Virus record (IMG/VR): IMGVR_UViG_3300036466_000505
Location: 1-53,028 of that record
From: a virus
Taxonomy: Duplodnaviria; Caudoviricetes
Strand: one strand, 5' to 3'
Length of the DNA stretch: 53,028 nucleotides
The position numbers and the translations under genes are program-made. The notes below the pieces were generated by a model that saw only the letters and a list, made by a program, of their open reading frames with translations, was not told the DNA's origin and searched no databases. This document shows, one piece after another, positions 1 to 10,600 of this stretch (its first letter is position 1; the number at the start of each line of letters is the position of its first letter).

Positions 1-127
1 CTGGATACCGAGACCTGGATACCGGCCCCGGACGATATGCAGGGGCTTATTCTGACGTCAGGCGGAATCGCCGTGGGGTTTTCGGGTAAAGAACTGTATC
101 TGTCCGAGCCGTTTGTCATGTATGCCT
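1..127. repeat. Terminal direct repeat (circular assembly overlap), copy 1
   Basis: Identical to 52902-53028. The 127-bp length matches a k=127 assembler overlap. Confidence 0.97.
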
Positions 128-918
128 ATCCGGAAGGGTTTCGGCAGGTGGTGGATTACGACATTGTCGGTCTGGGATACTCCGGGTCCACAGTGTTCGT
201 GCTGACCACGGAAAAGCCTTACATCATGTCCGGGGTGTCCCCGGAAACCATGACCCTGCAAAAGGGCAGCTTTCCCCAGGCGTGTGTGTCCAGGCGGTCC
301 ATTGTGAACATCCCGGGCGGCTGCGTGTACGCCTCCCCGGACGGGTTGGTTATGCTTGATACCTCTGGAAACTGCCCGGTGCTGACCGAACAGGTGTACA
401 CAAAAGAGCAGTGGGCCGCGCTGGATCTGTCAAACATGATCGGGGCCTATTTTGATCGGAAGTATTATGCGTTCTTTTCCGGCGAAACCACGGCCCTGGT
501 ATTTGACCTGGATGCAGGAGCGGTCCGGCGGCTTTCCATCGGCGCTCCCGTGTACGACGCCATCTACGATTCTGCCGACGACGCCCTGTATCTGCTGGTC
601 TATGACAGCGGATACAAGGTCTATTCTCTCGGCGCCGGGGACGTGCTGACATACGTGTACAAAACGCGGCGGTGCAGGACCCTTGTCGCCACAAACATGG
701 CCTGCGCCCGAATCTACGGGGACCAGTCCTCTCTTTCGCCTGTCACGTTTGAACTGCACTGCGATGGTGCCGTGAAGCACACCAGGGTTGTCACCGACGA
801 TACCCCGTTTCGGCTTCCCGGCGGATTCAGGACCAAGGATATCGCGGTGAGCGTGCAGGGGAAAACAAACATCACCTTGATCGAGCTGGCAACCTCAGTC
901 ACGGAACTCAAAGCATGA
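1..918 (+). CDS. Tail tubular/stabilisation-type protein, 3' part
   Basis: Open frame from base 1, beta-rich (YASPDGLV motif). Stop overlaps the next ATG. Confidence 0.75.
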   Translation: MDTETWIPAPDDMQGLILTSGGIAVGFSGKELYLSEPFVMYAYPEGFRQVVDYDIVGLGYSGSTVFVLTTEKPYIMSGVSPETMTLQKGSFPQACVSRRSIVNIPGGCVYASPDGLVMLDTSGNCPVLTEQVYTKEQWAALDLSNMIGAYFDRKYYAFFSGETTALVFDLDAGAVRRLSIGAPVYDAIYDSADDALYLLVYDSGYKVYSLGAGDVLTYVYKTRRCRTLVATNMACARIYGDQSSLSPVTFELHCDGAVKHTRVVTDDTPFRLPGGFRTKDIAVSVQGKTNITLIELATSVTELKA

Positions 919-3569
919 GCAGATATCCATCCATTCCAGCCATCCCGGCAGACGCCACCCCGCAGCAACGAGCATGGATGCAGGCCGTGACCCAGGCGCT
1001 CCAGTCCGGCACCGGGGCTGTGCGCGGGGCGGACCGATTCCTGCGGATCTCGGACGTGGGCACCACCCTGCTGTCCGCAGACACGGCCACCTCCACCTCT
1101 CCGGCCTCCTCAACGGCCACGGGTCCGATCCCCAACCCCCCGTCCAATCTTGCGGTTGCGTCCACAGTCTATGGCGCCCGTCTGACCTGGGACTACCCGG
1201 AGAACGGGCTGGATGAAGTCTCTCATATAGAAGTCTGGACGCATAACGCCAATGCCCTGACCTCTGCCGCCCGGGTCGCCATCGTGACCAAGCCGGTGGC
1301 CGAGTTCCGGGATATCTGGGACGCCCCGTATGCGGATCATTACTACTGGATTCGGTGCGTGTCGTATGGTGGCAAATATTCGGCGTGGGTGCCCCGGGAG
1401 GAGATGGGGGGGATGCTGGTGACGGCCCAGGCATCCATCTCTGCCAAGATCGACGAGGCCATGGACATTCTTCAGGGCAACCTGACTGAAGACCAGCTTG
1501 TGCAGGACCTCGCCGCAGAGATCAACCTGATTTCCGCGCCGGAGACCGTGGAGCAGTCCGTAAATGCCAGGCTGGCCGAAGAGGCCCGTATCCGGTCGGA
1601 AGCCCTGGCTGCTGAGGCCGAGACCCGCGAACTCGGGATCACCCAGGAGCAGACCACCCGGCAGACCGAGACCGAGCGGCTGGACCGGGATCTGTACATC
1701 ATGCGGTCTGCCGTGGACAATGCCCAGGCCATGGTTCTGACGGAAGCAGAGGCCCGCGCGACCGGAGATGTGGCCAACGCAACGCTTTTGACCACCCTCC
1801 AGGCGTCCATCGACAGTACCACTTCCGTGCTGACCGAGGAACAGGGGGTACGGGCCGAGGCGGACAAGGCGTTGGCCTACCGTCTGGACAGTCTGGTTCT
1901 GGCTGCCGGGGACGGGATTGTGGAAATCGACTCCGAGATTGCCGCCCGAATCGCCGGTGACGACGCCCTGGCTTCCAGCATTCAAACCCTGGACACCAGG
2001 ATGGGGGACGCGGAATCGTCCATCGAGCAGGAGCAGACCGCCCGGACCACCAGCCTGGAGTCCGTGGCCCGGGATCTGTACATCGCCCGGACATCCATCG
2101 GCAACGCCCAGGGGCTCATCCAGAAGGAGTCTGCAATACGGGCCGACGAGGACCAGGTGGTCATCGACATGGTGAACACCGTGGACGCCAAAGTGGACAC
2201 CACGGCGGCGCTGCTGACCGAAGACATTCAGGTGGCCGCCACCAAGGCCGATGCGTCTGCCCGGTACGCCCGCACGCTCAAGGCTGAAACCGAGGCGACC
2301 ACCGCCGCGATCCAGCAGGATTTGGTCACCCAGACCGGCCCTGAAAGCGCCCTGGCAAAGTCCGTGGAAACCGTGCAGACCACGGTCGGGGAAAACACCG
2401 CCTCCATCGAGGACGCCGCCACCGCCATTGACGGCATCAAGGCCGAGCGGACCATGAAAGTGCAGGTCCGGGACGCAGACGGCAAGCTGGTGCTGGCCGG
2501 GATCGGGATGATCGCGGACGGCGAGACAGAACAGTCCGAGATCGTGCTCATGGCCAACGAATTGAGGATCGTTCAGCCCGACGGCACCGGCGCACTTCGC
2601 CAGCCGTTCACCGTGGGGATGGTGGACGGGGAATCTTTGGTCGGCATCGACGGTACCATGATGATCGACGGAAGCCTGCTGGCCAAAGCGATCAGCACGG
2701 ACCATGCCTTTATCGGCCACACATTGCAGAGCACAGATTATGACCCGGAAGCCGGTGCGGGATACAAAATCGACGGGCAGTCCGGAGAAGCGAATTTTTA
2801 CAACATGAGATTCCGCATCATGGACGGTGCTGCTGCGGCTGACGTGCGAAGTGATTTGAATGTGGCTGATGGCGCTACAGATGATTCAGGCATTTATTTC
2901 CCAGGCACAACAGAGGTTGATGGCGGGAAGATACGAACGAGGACGGTAAGTGCGGACAAAATAGAGTCAAACTCTCTTACGGCATCACAGATAGCGGCCA
3001 AGGCTGTCACGGCCGACAAAATAAACGTAACATCACTTTCGGCTATCAACGCAAATATTGGCATCGCTACAGCCGGAAGATTGCAAAACAGCGCAAACAC
3101 AAATTATATAAATTTAAATGCAGCAGGGACTAGTTCTTTTTTAAGGGTTGGCAATAATGTTGACATTCGGGCAGATGGGTCAGGTACTTTTGCTCGCACA
3201 CTTATAAGCGCGCCTAGAGTAGTTGCCAGCGGTATACGCGAAGGGCTATCTATAGATAATTACGGAAGTACGCTTATATATACGGGGATAAAAGCTCCTC
3301 AAACTACGTGGGGCAGCCCTCAATATAGTTCGTATATCGCAAGGGCAGGCGTTAAGGCTGCGTATCAAGATTCGTGGCCTTCTAGCGGGTATTACAAATG
3401 GTGGTACTTACGTACAGTTGTATACTTTCTGTCTGGAATCGGCCATTCGGGGGTTGTAACAAGCAGAGAAGGTGAAATTTATATAAAAGTTTATGTAGAC
3501 GGGCCAAATTCTCAATATGGATGTGACCATAATGTAACAAAAATTTGGTGGTCTTTATTGGAGGTTTAA
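915..3569 (+). CDS. Tail fibre/host-specificity-like protein (FN3-like N-terminus, coiled coil, DUF1983-like region, AT-rich C-terminus)
   Basis: YYWIRCV FN3-like motif, long heptad region, AGIGM..SEIVLMANE..PFTV motif, ITADKI-type repeats. Confidence 0.7.
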   Translation: MSRYPSIPAIPADATPQQRAWMQAVTQALQSGTGAVRGADRFLRISDVGTTLLSADTATSTSPASSTATGPIPNPPSNLAVASTVYGARLTWDYPENGLDEVSHIEVWTHNANALTSAARVAIVTKPVAEFRDIWDAPYADHYYWIRCVSYGGKYSAWVPREEMGGMLVTAQASISAKIDEAMDILQGNLTEDQLVQDLAAEINLISAPETVEQSVNARLAEEARIRSEALAAEAETRELGITQEQTTRQTETERLDRDLYIMRSAVDNAQAMVLTEAEARATGDVANATLLTTLQASIDSTTSVLTEEQGVRAEADKALAYRLDSLVLAAGDGIVEIDSEIAARIAGDDALASSIQTLDTRMGDAESSIEQEQTARTTSLESVARDLYIARTSIGNAQGLIQKESAIRADEDQVVIDMVNTVDAKVDTTAALLTEDIQVAATKADASARYARTLKAETEATTAAIQQDLVTQTGPESALAKSVETVQTTVGENTASIEDAATAIDGIKAERTMKVQVRDADGKLVLAGIGMIADGETEQSEIVLMANELRIVQPDGTGALRQPFTVGMVDGESLVGIDGTMMIDGSLLAKAISTDHAFIGHTLQSTDYDPEAGAGYKIDGQSGEANFYNMRFRIMDGAAAADVRSDLNVADGATDDSGIYFPGTTEVDGGKIRTRTVSADKIESNSLTASQIAAKAVTADKINVTSLSAINANIGIATAGRLQNSANTNYINLNAAGTSSFLRVGNNVDIRADGSGTFARTLISAPRVVASGIREGLSIDNYGSTLIYTGIKAPQTTWGSPQYSSYIARAGVKAAYQDSWPSSGYYKWWYLRTVVYFLSGIGHSGVVTSREGEIYIKVYVDGPNSQYGCDHNVTKIWWSLLEV

Positions 3570-3570
3570 T

Positions 3571-3930
3571 ATGGGCAAGTTTTTTGGTCCAATGGTTGAA
3601 TATTGTTGGGATTTAGCGTGGACTTTTTCATTTAACAACTTAAGTTCCGAAGGCGCTGTTTATGATACCGTAGAACAGGAAGACGGTTCTATAAATACGG
3701 AAAGCTTTGAAGACATTAAATATAATCATAATATAATAGTACACATTGAACTGCAAGACGCCGAAAGAAACAAGGTGGACGTAAAGGAGTGTTCGGTAAG
3801 TATTGCGACCACAACAGAGATGCTTGACCTTACAGGAAAGCAGGACTTGGTTTTTTCAGAAGAATCGAAGAAGCTTGTGGCGGAAACTGTTGCAGTCTTA
3901 AAAGAACAGTTCGCTGGGTATGTAGCTTGA
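3571..3930 (+). CDS. Hypothetical protein in the AT-rich patch after the tail fibre (possible fibre chaperone)
   Basis: 119-aa ORF starting 1 nt after the fibre gene stop. Confidence 0.6.
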   Translation: MGKFFGPMVEYCWDLAWTFSFNNLSSEGAVYDTVEQEDGSINTESFEDIKYNHNIIVHIELQDAERNKVDVKECSVSIATTTEMLDLTGKQDLVFSEESKKLVAETVAVLKEQFAGYVA

Positions 3931-3985
3931 TCAATACTACGCAGACTGCCTTGCAGTAAAAGAACGGTTTCCCAAGGAGTAGCCC

Positions 3986-5374
3986 ATGAAAATCACCACC
4001 CGCGCCGTCTTCGACATGACCGACCCCGCATTCTGGGACGGGGATATGCAGGATGCGTGCGTCGAGGAAGAGAGTTTTGAGTATGAAGGGGAGGTGGCCC
4101 TGTGTATGTCCATGCACGATGGTCCCGGAACGGATAGAGATAGTGACGGTGGGCTGGGTGATATGGGTGGAGGGAACGGAGGGAGCGACACCAGCTCCGA
4201 AACCCATGGCCGCAACAATTCCTATGGGGGGGCTTTTTCCGGGGCAAACGACTCCAGCTCGGAATATCATGGCCGCAACAATTCCTATGGGGGGGCTTTT
4301 TCCGGGGCAAACGACGCCAGCTCGGAATATCATGGCCGCAATAATTCTTACGGGGGTGCATTTTCCGGCGCGACCGGTACAGACCGGGCATGGAGCATAT
4401 CCCAAGGCTGGCACGACGTGTCAACCAGGGCCGTGAAGCCTTCTAGGCTCGGCGGGTTTATGACCACCTCCTACGGCTACCGGCATCCTGACGAGGCTGC
4501 CCGGCAGTATTCAGAGGCTCGCGCTCGGCAGAAGACGGATGCCAGGTCTATGATGTCGGAGATTCCGCAGCGGATCCAGTCCAAATGGGCCAACAACCCG
4601 GCCATGCAGGCCAGGCTGACCGATGCCCTGTCCGCCGGAAAGATCGGGGATCTGACCGCGGCCGGGGTGCTTTCCAGGGCTGAGGCCGAGCAGATGACCA
4701 ACACATTCGGCGGCGGGCTGGACCGGATCGGGCAGGCCGTGGGTATGGCCCCGGCTGATCTGGATATGCCGGAAGAAGCCTACGTGACCGGGCTGGACAA
4801 GGGGCTCATCGACCCGGACGGGAACCTGACCGGCAAGGGGGCGCTGACCACCTACGGCGGGCTGGCCGGACTGGCTGCCGGACCTGTGGCCGGAGCGATC
4901 ATGTCCGCCACAGGATCCCTTCCTGCCGCGCTGACCGGATATGCAGGGCTGCAGCTCGGGTCCGGGTATGCCCGGTCCAAGGGCATGGCCGGGTCTGCCA
5001 CGAGCGAAGCCCTCGGCATGGCCTCATCGCTGGCCGGGGCCCCGGGGATGATCACGGACAATCTGGCCCAGGCCGCGAATATGGCCGGGCTGGCCCGGGC
5101 CGCCAACTACGGGCAGGGCGAGCCCACCCGTACAGCCGGTCCTGAAACCAGGGACCCCGGGTCCGGTTCCGATGAAAACATGTTCGCGGACCTGACAACC
5201 TCCGGCCCGACCTCGGCCCCGGCGGCAGCAGCTGCCGCGAACGAGCCGAACAACTTCACCCTGTACAAAAACGCGCAGTCCGGCCCCGCGGCCTCGTCAG
5301 GGTCCGGGGCGACCGGGTTTCTGCCCGGGGTCTCCCCGGCTGTCTCCAACATGTTTGACGACCTTATGGTCTAG
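3986..5374 (+). CDS. Putative ejection/internal virion protein, Gly/Ala-rich, with three 21-aa repeats
   Basis: SD AAGGAG, N-terminal EESFEYEGEVALC leader-like motif, hydrophobic Gly-rich segments, gene position. Confidence 0.6.
   Translation: MKITTRAVFDMTDPAFWDGDMQDACVEEESFEYEGEVALCMSMHDGPGTDRDSDGGLGDMGGGNGGSDTSSETHGRNNSYGGAFSGANDSSSEYHGRNNSYGGAFSGANDASSEYHGRNNSYGGAFSGATGTDRAWSISQGWHDVSTRAVKPSRLGGFMTTSYGYRHPDEAARQYSEARARQKTDARSMMSEIPQRIQSKWANNPAMQARLTDALSAGKIGDLTAAGVLSRAEAEQMTNTFGGGLDRIGQAVGMAPADLDMPEEAYVTGLDKGLIDPDGNLTGKGALTTYGGLAGLAAGPVAGAIMSATGSLPAALTGYAGLQLGSGYARSKGMAGSATSEALGMASSLAGAPGMITDNLAQAANMAGLARAANYGQGEPTRTAGPETRDPGSGSDENMFADLTTSGPTSAPAAAAAANEPNNFTLYKNAQSGPAASSGSGATGFLPGVSPAVSNMFDDLMV
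4187..4372 (+). repeat. Three 63-bp in-frame tandem repeats (DxSSExHGRNNSYGGAFSGAN)
   Basis: Units start at 4187, 4250 and 4313. Confidence 0.93.
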
Positions 5375-5383
5375 GAGAAATGT

Positions 5384-6409
5384 ATGAGTATTTGGTCCAC
5401 AGTTATTGACACGGCCAAGAATATCGCCCCGATCGCGGCGGCCGGATATTCCATTTATTCCGGGCTGGAAGCCAACAACCGCGCCAATGACGCCTACAAC
5501 GTGGCCGCAGGATCCGCCAAGCAGCAGGACGCCATTGCCAAGGCCCAGTGGAATATTGCCAAGCCCCTGGCTGAAAAACAGGCCCAGGTGGATACGGCCA
5601 CGGCCGATGCCTATCTCGGCCTGCTGCCCGGGAACACCCAGGCAAAACAGCAGGGTCAGGCCAACGACCTGGCTGACCTGCGGCTGTACGGCCAGTACAT
5701 GCCCGGGCTCACGGAAAAGGCCTACCAGGGCCAGACCCAGGATATGAACGCGTATCTGGCCAATGCGGATACCAGGACCGCGACCATTGATCAGCAGTTC
5801 GGCAACCAGCTGGCCTCGGAACAGCTGGCCGGGCAGGGGATTACGGCCGCAGGCAATGATCTGGCCCAGTACGAGGCCAACCGGGGCATGGTCCAGGAGT
5901 TTTACGATCAGGCCCGGGACGGCCTCGATCCCACCCAGCAGGCCGACATGGCCGCAGCGGACATCGCCCAGGCATTCGGCAACCAGCAGGCCGCACAGCG
6001 CCGGGACATGTCTCGCATGGGCGTGAACCCCAATTCCGGGCGGTTTGCTGACCAGTCCCGCCTGAATGCCACGGCCCGGGCCGCGGCCACTGCCGGAGCC
6101 CGGACCAAGGCGCGTCAGGATACAAAGCAGCTGAACTTCTCCAGGCTGGGCGACGGGGTAAATGTCCTCAAGGGCATGGCCCCGTCCACGGGCATGGGCA
6201 CCTCGTTCACTCCCACGTCCCCGGCCGCGTCGGCCATCAGCCGGACCGGGCTGACGTCGCCCGACCTGAACACGTCCGGCGCAAATTCAGCCCTGTCCGG
6301 CTACGGGTCCAGCGGGTCCACCATGGCCTCCCTGGGCAACGCCGCGTCCAAGGCGGCCTCCTCGGATATGGCCGCCGGCGGATACCTTCTGAACATGGGC
6401 CTCAGCTAA
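5384..6409 (+). CDS. Putative ejection/DNA-transfer protein
   Basis: SD AGGAG, Ala/Gln-rich, RMGVNPNSGRF motif, position in the cluster. Confidence 0.6.
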   Translation: MSIWSTVIDTAKNIAPIAAAGYSIYSGLEANNRANDAYNVAAGSAKQQDAIAKAQWNIAKPLAEKQAQVDTATADAYLGLLPGNTQAKQQGQANDLADLRLYGQYMPGLTEKAYQGQTQDMNAYLANADTRTATIDQQFGNQLASEQLAGQGITAAGNDLAQYEANRGMVQEFYDQARDGLDPTQQADMAAADIAQAFGNQQAAQRRDMSRMGVNPNSGRFADQSRLNATARAAATAGARTKARQDTKQLNFSRLGDGVNVLKGMAPSTGMGTSFTPTSPAASAISRTGLTSPDLNTSGANSALSGYGSSGSTMASLGNAASKAASSDMAAGGYLLNMGLS

Positions 6410-6423
6410 CACGGGAGATCATA

Positions 6424-7614
6424 ATGGGATACACAGGCAGCGGAATGGGTGGACTGGTACAGGGATGGAGACAGGCGGACGCGGATCAGAAGGCCCAGGC
6501 CCGTAATGATTCGTATCTGAAAACCCAGACACTAAAACAGACCCAGGCCCAGCAGGGGATCGACGAATGGAACGCCGGGGCAGAAACCCGGGACATGAAA
6601 CGGGATTTTGAGAAGTCGAAAATGGTGGCCACCCAGGCCCTGCAGAGCATGACAAACATTCCGGACCAGCACTGGGGGGAGTTTCAGGCCAGGGCCTGGT
6701 CCGCTCTCCCGGTCCACGGCACGGTCCGGTTCGACCCCGAGCAGAACCGACTCATGGCCGAGGACGGGGAACCGGTCCCGAATCAGTCCCGGGAAGAGAT
6801 GGCGGACCTCCTGGCAAAATTTGCAGACCCGAACGCGTTTGTACAGATCAAGACCGCGGAACTGAAACGTAAAGAAACCCCGACCCAGTACGTGGATGCC
6901 CAGGGCAACGTGCGGACCATGAAACCCGGCGAGGCCGGGGCAGGCTGGAACCGCGTCGAAGACCGGGTCGCGGGACAGGGGCTGCAGAAGACACAGGCCG
7001 ATATCGATTCCACCAGGGCCCTGGAAGCGACCAGACAGGCCCAGCAGGAATACTACCGCCAGCAGCAGAACAAAGCCGGTCGCATCGATGTGGCCCCGGG
7101 GCACGTCGTGTACGGGCCGGGTGGACAGGAAATTGCCCGCGGGTTGCAGAAAGGGGGAAGCGGTTCCGGTGCGGGGGGAAAAGGATCGGGGGCCCCTCAG
7201 CCCTTTAACAAGCAGAACATTGAGCAGGCACTAGGGACCATGACGGAAGGGTTTATGCTTGCAAAGGGCTTTCAGAAGAAGTCTGTGTACAATCCTGATA
7301 CCGGGACAACGACCACGGAATTTGTTGACGCACAAGGCAATGTGGCCGATCTTCCCACGCTACAAAAAGCCGACAAAGTCGGTCGTCTGGCTGTAAATAT
7401 GTTGCAAACCGGACAGGCAAGTAATATAGTGCAGGCGCAGCAGATGGCAGAAAGAAAGCAAGAGGTTTTCGATACCGCCTCTACTGAATTCACTTCACGC
7501 ACAGGATTTTCCCCTCAACAAAAGCCTTCCGAATTCAAGCAGTTTTTGCTTGAATATTCACGCGGCCTTGATACGGGATACAGACAGCGTGTCCCCATAG
7601 GCAACCAAAGATAA
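6424..7614 (+). CDS. Putative ejection/internal virion protein
   Basis: SD GGAG, Gln-rich coiled coil, lies before the giant gene. Confidence 0.55.
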   Translation: MGYTGSGMGGLVQGWRQADADQKAQARNDSYLKTQTLKQTQAQQGIDEWNAGAETRDMKRDFEKSKMVATQALQSMTNIPDQHWGEFQARAWSALPVHGTVRFDPEQNRLMAEDGEPVPNQSREEMADLLAKFADPNAFVQIKTAELKRKETPTQYVDAQGNVRTMKPGEAGAGWNRVEDRVAGQGLQKTQADIDSTRALEATRQAQQEYYRQQQNKAGRIDVAPGHVVYGPGGQEIARGLQKGGSGSGAGGKGSGAPQPFNKQNIEQALGTMTEGFMLAKGFQKKSVYNPDTGTTTTEFVDAQGNVADLPTLQKADKVGRLAVNMLQTGQASNIVQAQQMAERKQEVFDTASTEFTSRTGFSPQQKPSEFKQFLLEYSRGLDTGYRQRVPIGNQR

Positions 7615-7645
7615 CAGCAGGCCCCTTAACGGCCGGGAGTTGTGT

Positions 7646-10600
7646 ATGTCTAATCTGTTTACGCCCGAGGACCTGGAGTATTTTGAACGAACCGAACTAC
7701 AGCCCTCGATAGACGCATACCAACCCCGGCCCGGCGACGCAGCCTGGCAGGAGCCGGAACCCCCGGCCCCTGTCCAGGCTGTGCCTGTTTCTGCGGGAGC
7801 GGGCATTCCTGCCGATGACCAGGGGCTGACCGGCGGGTTTGGATGGGGTGGGATGGAGACCCCGGAACAGGACTCCACGGTGGGCGCGGAGATGTGGGAG
7901 CGGACCAAAAAAGGCGGGTACCAGCTGGGGCAGATGATGGCCGATGCTCCCGGGTTTGTGTACGACGTGGCCGCAGTTCCGCAGAACTTTCTTGCGGATA
8001 AGCTGAACATGCCCGGGCTTCGGGCCACCAGCGATACCTCCGGGGCGATGCTGGGGCTGGAGCAAAATCCGGTTTCCGGGTATTTCAAAGACCAGTCCGA
8101 GATTTCGGAACAGAAAATAGCCAAAGCCAACCCGAAGTATCGCCAGGGCGTGATCGACTCTTTTGAAAAAGGGGACTGGTCCACGGGGTTTCGAAATCTG
8201 GCCGGTGGTATCCTGGAATCACTGCAGCCCTCCATGTCGGTGATGCTTTCCGGCGGGACCATGGGGACGGCCGGAACCGTAGGCACGGGCGCGGCCCTGT
8301 TCGGGGCAGGCAAGCAGGCCGAAATCGAACAGCACGGCTCGGACCTGCCTGAATGGCAGCAGACCATGGTGGCCGCGAATAACGGAGCCCTGGAAGGCCT
8401 GTTCGAAACCGCGCTGGGTGCCGGGGCTATGGGGAAAGCTTTTAAAAATGTCATCACCAGGTCCTTAAAGGAAGGGGGCGAGGAAGCCGCCCGGGCCGGG
8501 GGGAAGCGGTTTCTTGGTGATATGTGGGCCAGAATGGTGGCGGAAAATCCGGCCCTGGCGCCCCTGGGCGAAGGTTTTGAAGAACTGGGTACACAGATAT
8601 CCCAGAACGCGGTGGATAAATACAGCGGGTACCGTCCTGATATCGCCCTGACCGAGGGCGCCGGCGATGCCATGCTTATGGGTATCGGACAGGGCGGCAT
8701 GATGGCCGGCGGATTGTATGCCGCCAAGAGTGGGGTTGCGGACCCTGCCCCTGAACCCGGCAAGCAGACGGACATGCTGAACACCGGCGGCGACGTCCCC
8801 GGCGGCCTGTCGGCCAGTACCAAGCCGATGGCTCCCGAAGAGCTGGCCGAAACCATAAAGGCTCCCGGGCAGACCGCACCGCAGAAAGAACAGCCCGTGT
8901 CTACGGAACAGGCCCCGGCCGATCTTGTAGGGCTGGAGCCGGAAGAGATCGCGGAACTGTTGGAGGTGAACGGGGTGGCTGATGATCTCGTTTCCGACGC
9001 GGGGCGGTCCGGGGCGGAGGCTGTCCAGCCGACAGGGACAGAAGCCGGGCCGGAGCAGGTCGTTGAACAGGTCCCGTTCGAGCCGTTTACCGATGACGAG
9101 CTTGCCCTTATGCTGGACACCCGGGAATCCACGGTCCTTCCCGGGGAGCCGGATTTTTCTTTTTCACACCCTTCACAGGAACCCATTTCCGGTATATCAG
9201 AAAACAACCCCCAGGAGGTACCCAGTGGCCAAAAAGGACCTGAAACAGGAAGCCCGGATCAGGCGGGCGCAGTTGTGGGCCAAGAACCAGCCGGATATGG
9301 AACAGTTGGATATGGACAACCCGGAGATAATAGCAACGCTGTTGCTGGCGGGGGCGATGCAGAAGCAGAACCCCGAACCGTCCCCGGATACCGGGGAAAA
9401 AATGTAGCCATCCTGCATCCCGGAGGGGAAGAACAGGCTGATTATGCCGTTGTGGAAATGGCAGACCTGGTGCCGTCCCATGTGCCGGAACAGGGGTTTC
9501 AGAAAAACCCGGACTATACGCCGGTCAATGAGCGGACCTACCATTCCAGCCCTGACGAACAGGGCAAAGTCCTGGATAATGCGGCCGGTCTTGATCCTCG
9601 GTTTTTGATTACGGAATCGCCGGATGCCGTGCATGGTCCTCCCGTGGTGACCAGGGACGGGCAGGTACTGGGGGGGAACTCTCGGACCATGTCCACTCGG
9701 CTTGCATACGAACGACATCCTGAGCGGGCCGAACAGTACCGGCAGACGATCTCGGACAAGGCCGAAGAGTATGGTGTTGATCCTCAAGCCGTGCAGGAGA
9801 TGAATCAGCCTGTGCTGGTTCGGATGCTTCGCAATCGTCCCGACGAGCAGGAAACCGCCCGGTTGGTGTCCGCGTTCAATCAGGATTTCAAGCAGGCGGT
9901 CAATCCGGACGCCGAGGGCGTATCCAAGGCCAAGTTTGTCAGCGACGAGACGTTTTCCATTATGTCCAAGGGGCTGGAAAACCATAAGACGCTCAAGGAG
10001 TATCTGGATTCTGCCGGGGCCCGCCCGTTCCTGGAGTCTATGGTCAAGGACGGGGCCCTGGAAAAATCTCAGATGACCCGGTTTATGAAAGAGGGTCAGC
10101 TGACGCCTGAAGGGAAAACCCATGTTCAGCGGATTGTACGGGGCCGGGTGTTTGACGACCACGACCTCATCGACCAGCTGGCCCCGGACACTGTGAACAA
10201 GATTGACCGCGCCCTGCCCGGGCTGGTCAAGATTCTGGGCCGGGGCGGTAAATGGAATGTGGTGCCGCAGATGTCTCAGGCGTTGCGGCACTATGTGCGG
10301 TACAAGAATTCTCCGGAGTTTCCCACACTGGGATCGTATTTTGCTCAGAAGGAGATGTTCGAGGCCATTCCGGGCAAAAAGGATATCTGGACACAGACCC
10401 TGGCGTATGTCCTGAACGGCACCAAAACCACGGCCCTGTCCGAGGGGTTTCACCTGTTTTCCCGGGACGCAGTGGCCACCCAGAAAAAAACCGGAATGCT
10501 GCCCGGCATGGGCGAGATTCTGCCCACGGTTGAAAAATCAAGGCGGTATTTCAAGACGGATGAATCCGCGCATTTATTCAAAGGGGTGGAAGATGTAGGA

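Noticed and set aside
1-127. Terminal repeat as biological phage DTR
   Set aside because: It is exactly 127 bp and falls mid-gene, which fits an assembler k-mer overlap.
915-3569. Second DGR target in the tail fibre gene
   Set aside because: I saw no TR-like sequence at its 3' end or elsewhere by eye. A BLASTn of TR against the genome would settle this.
10583-10598. Third nested start in the giant gene (GGGGTGGAAG-ATG)
   Set aside because: The ATG is followed immediately by TAG.
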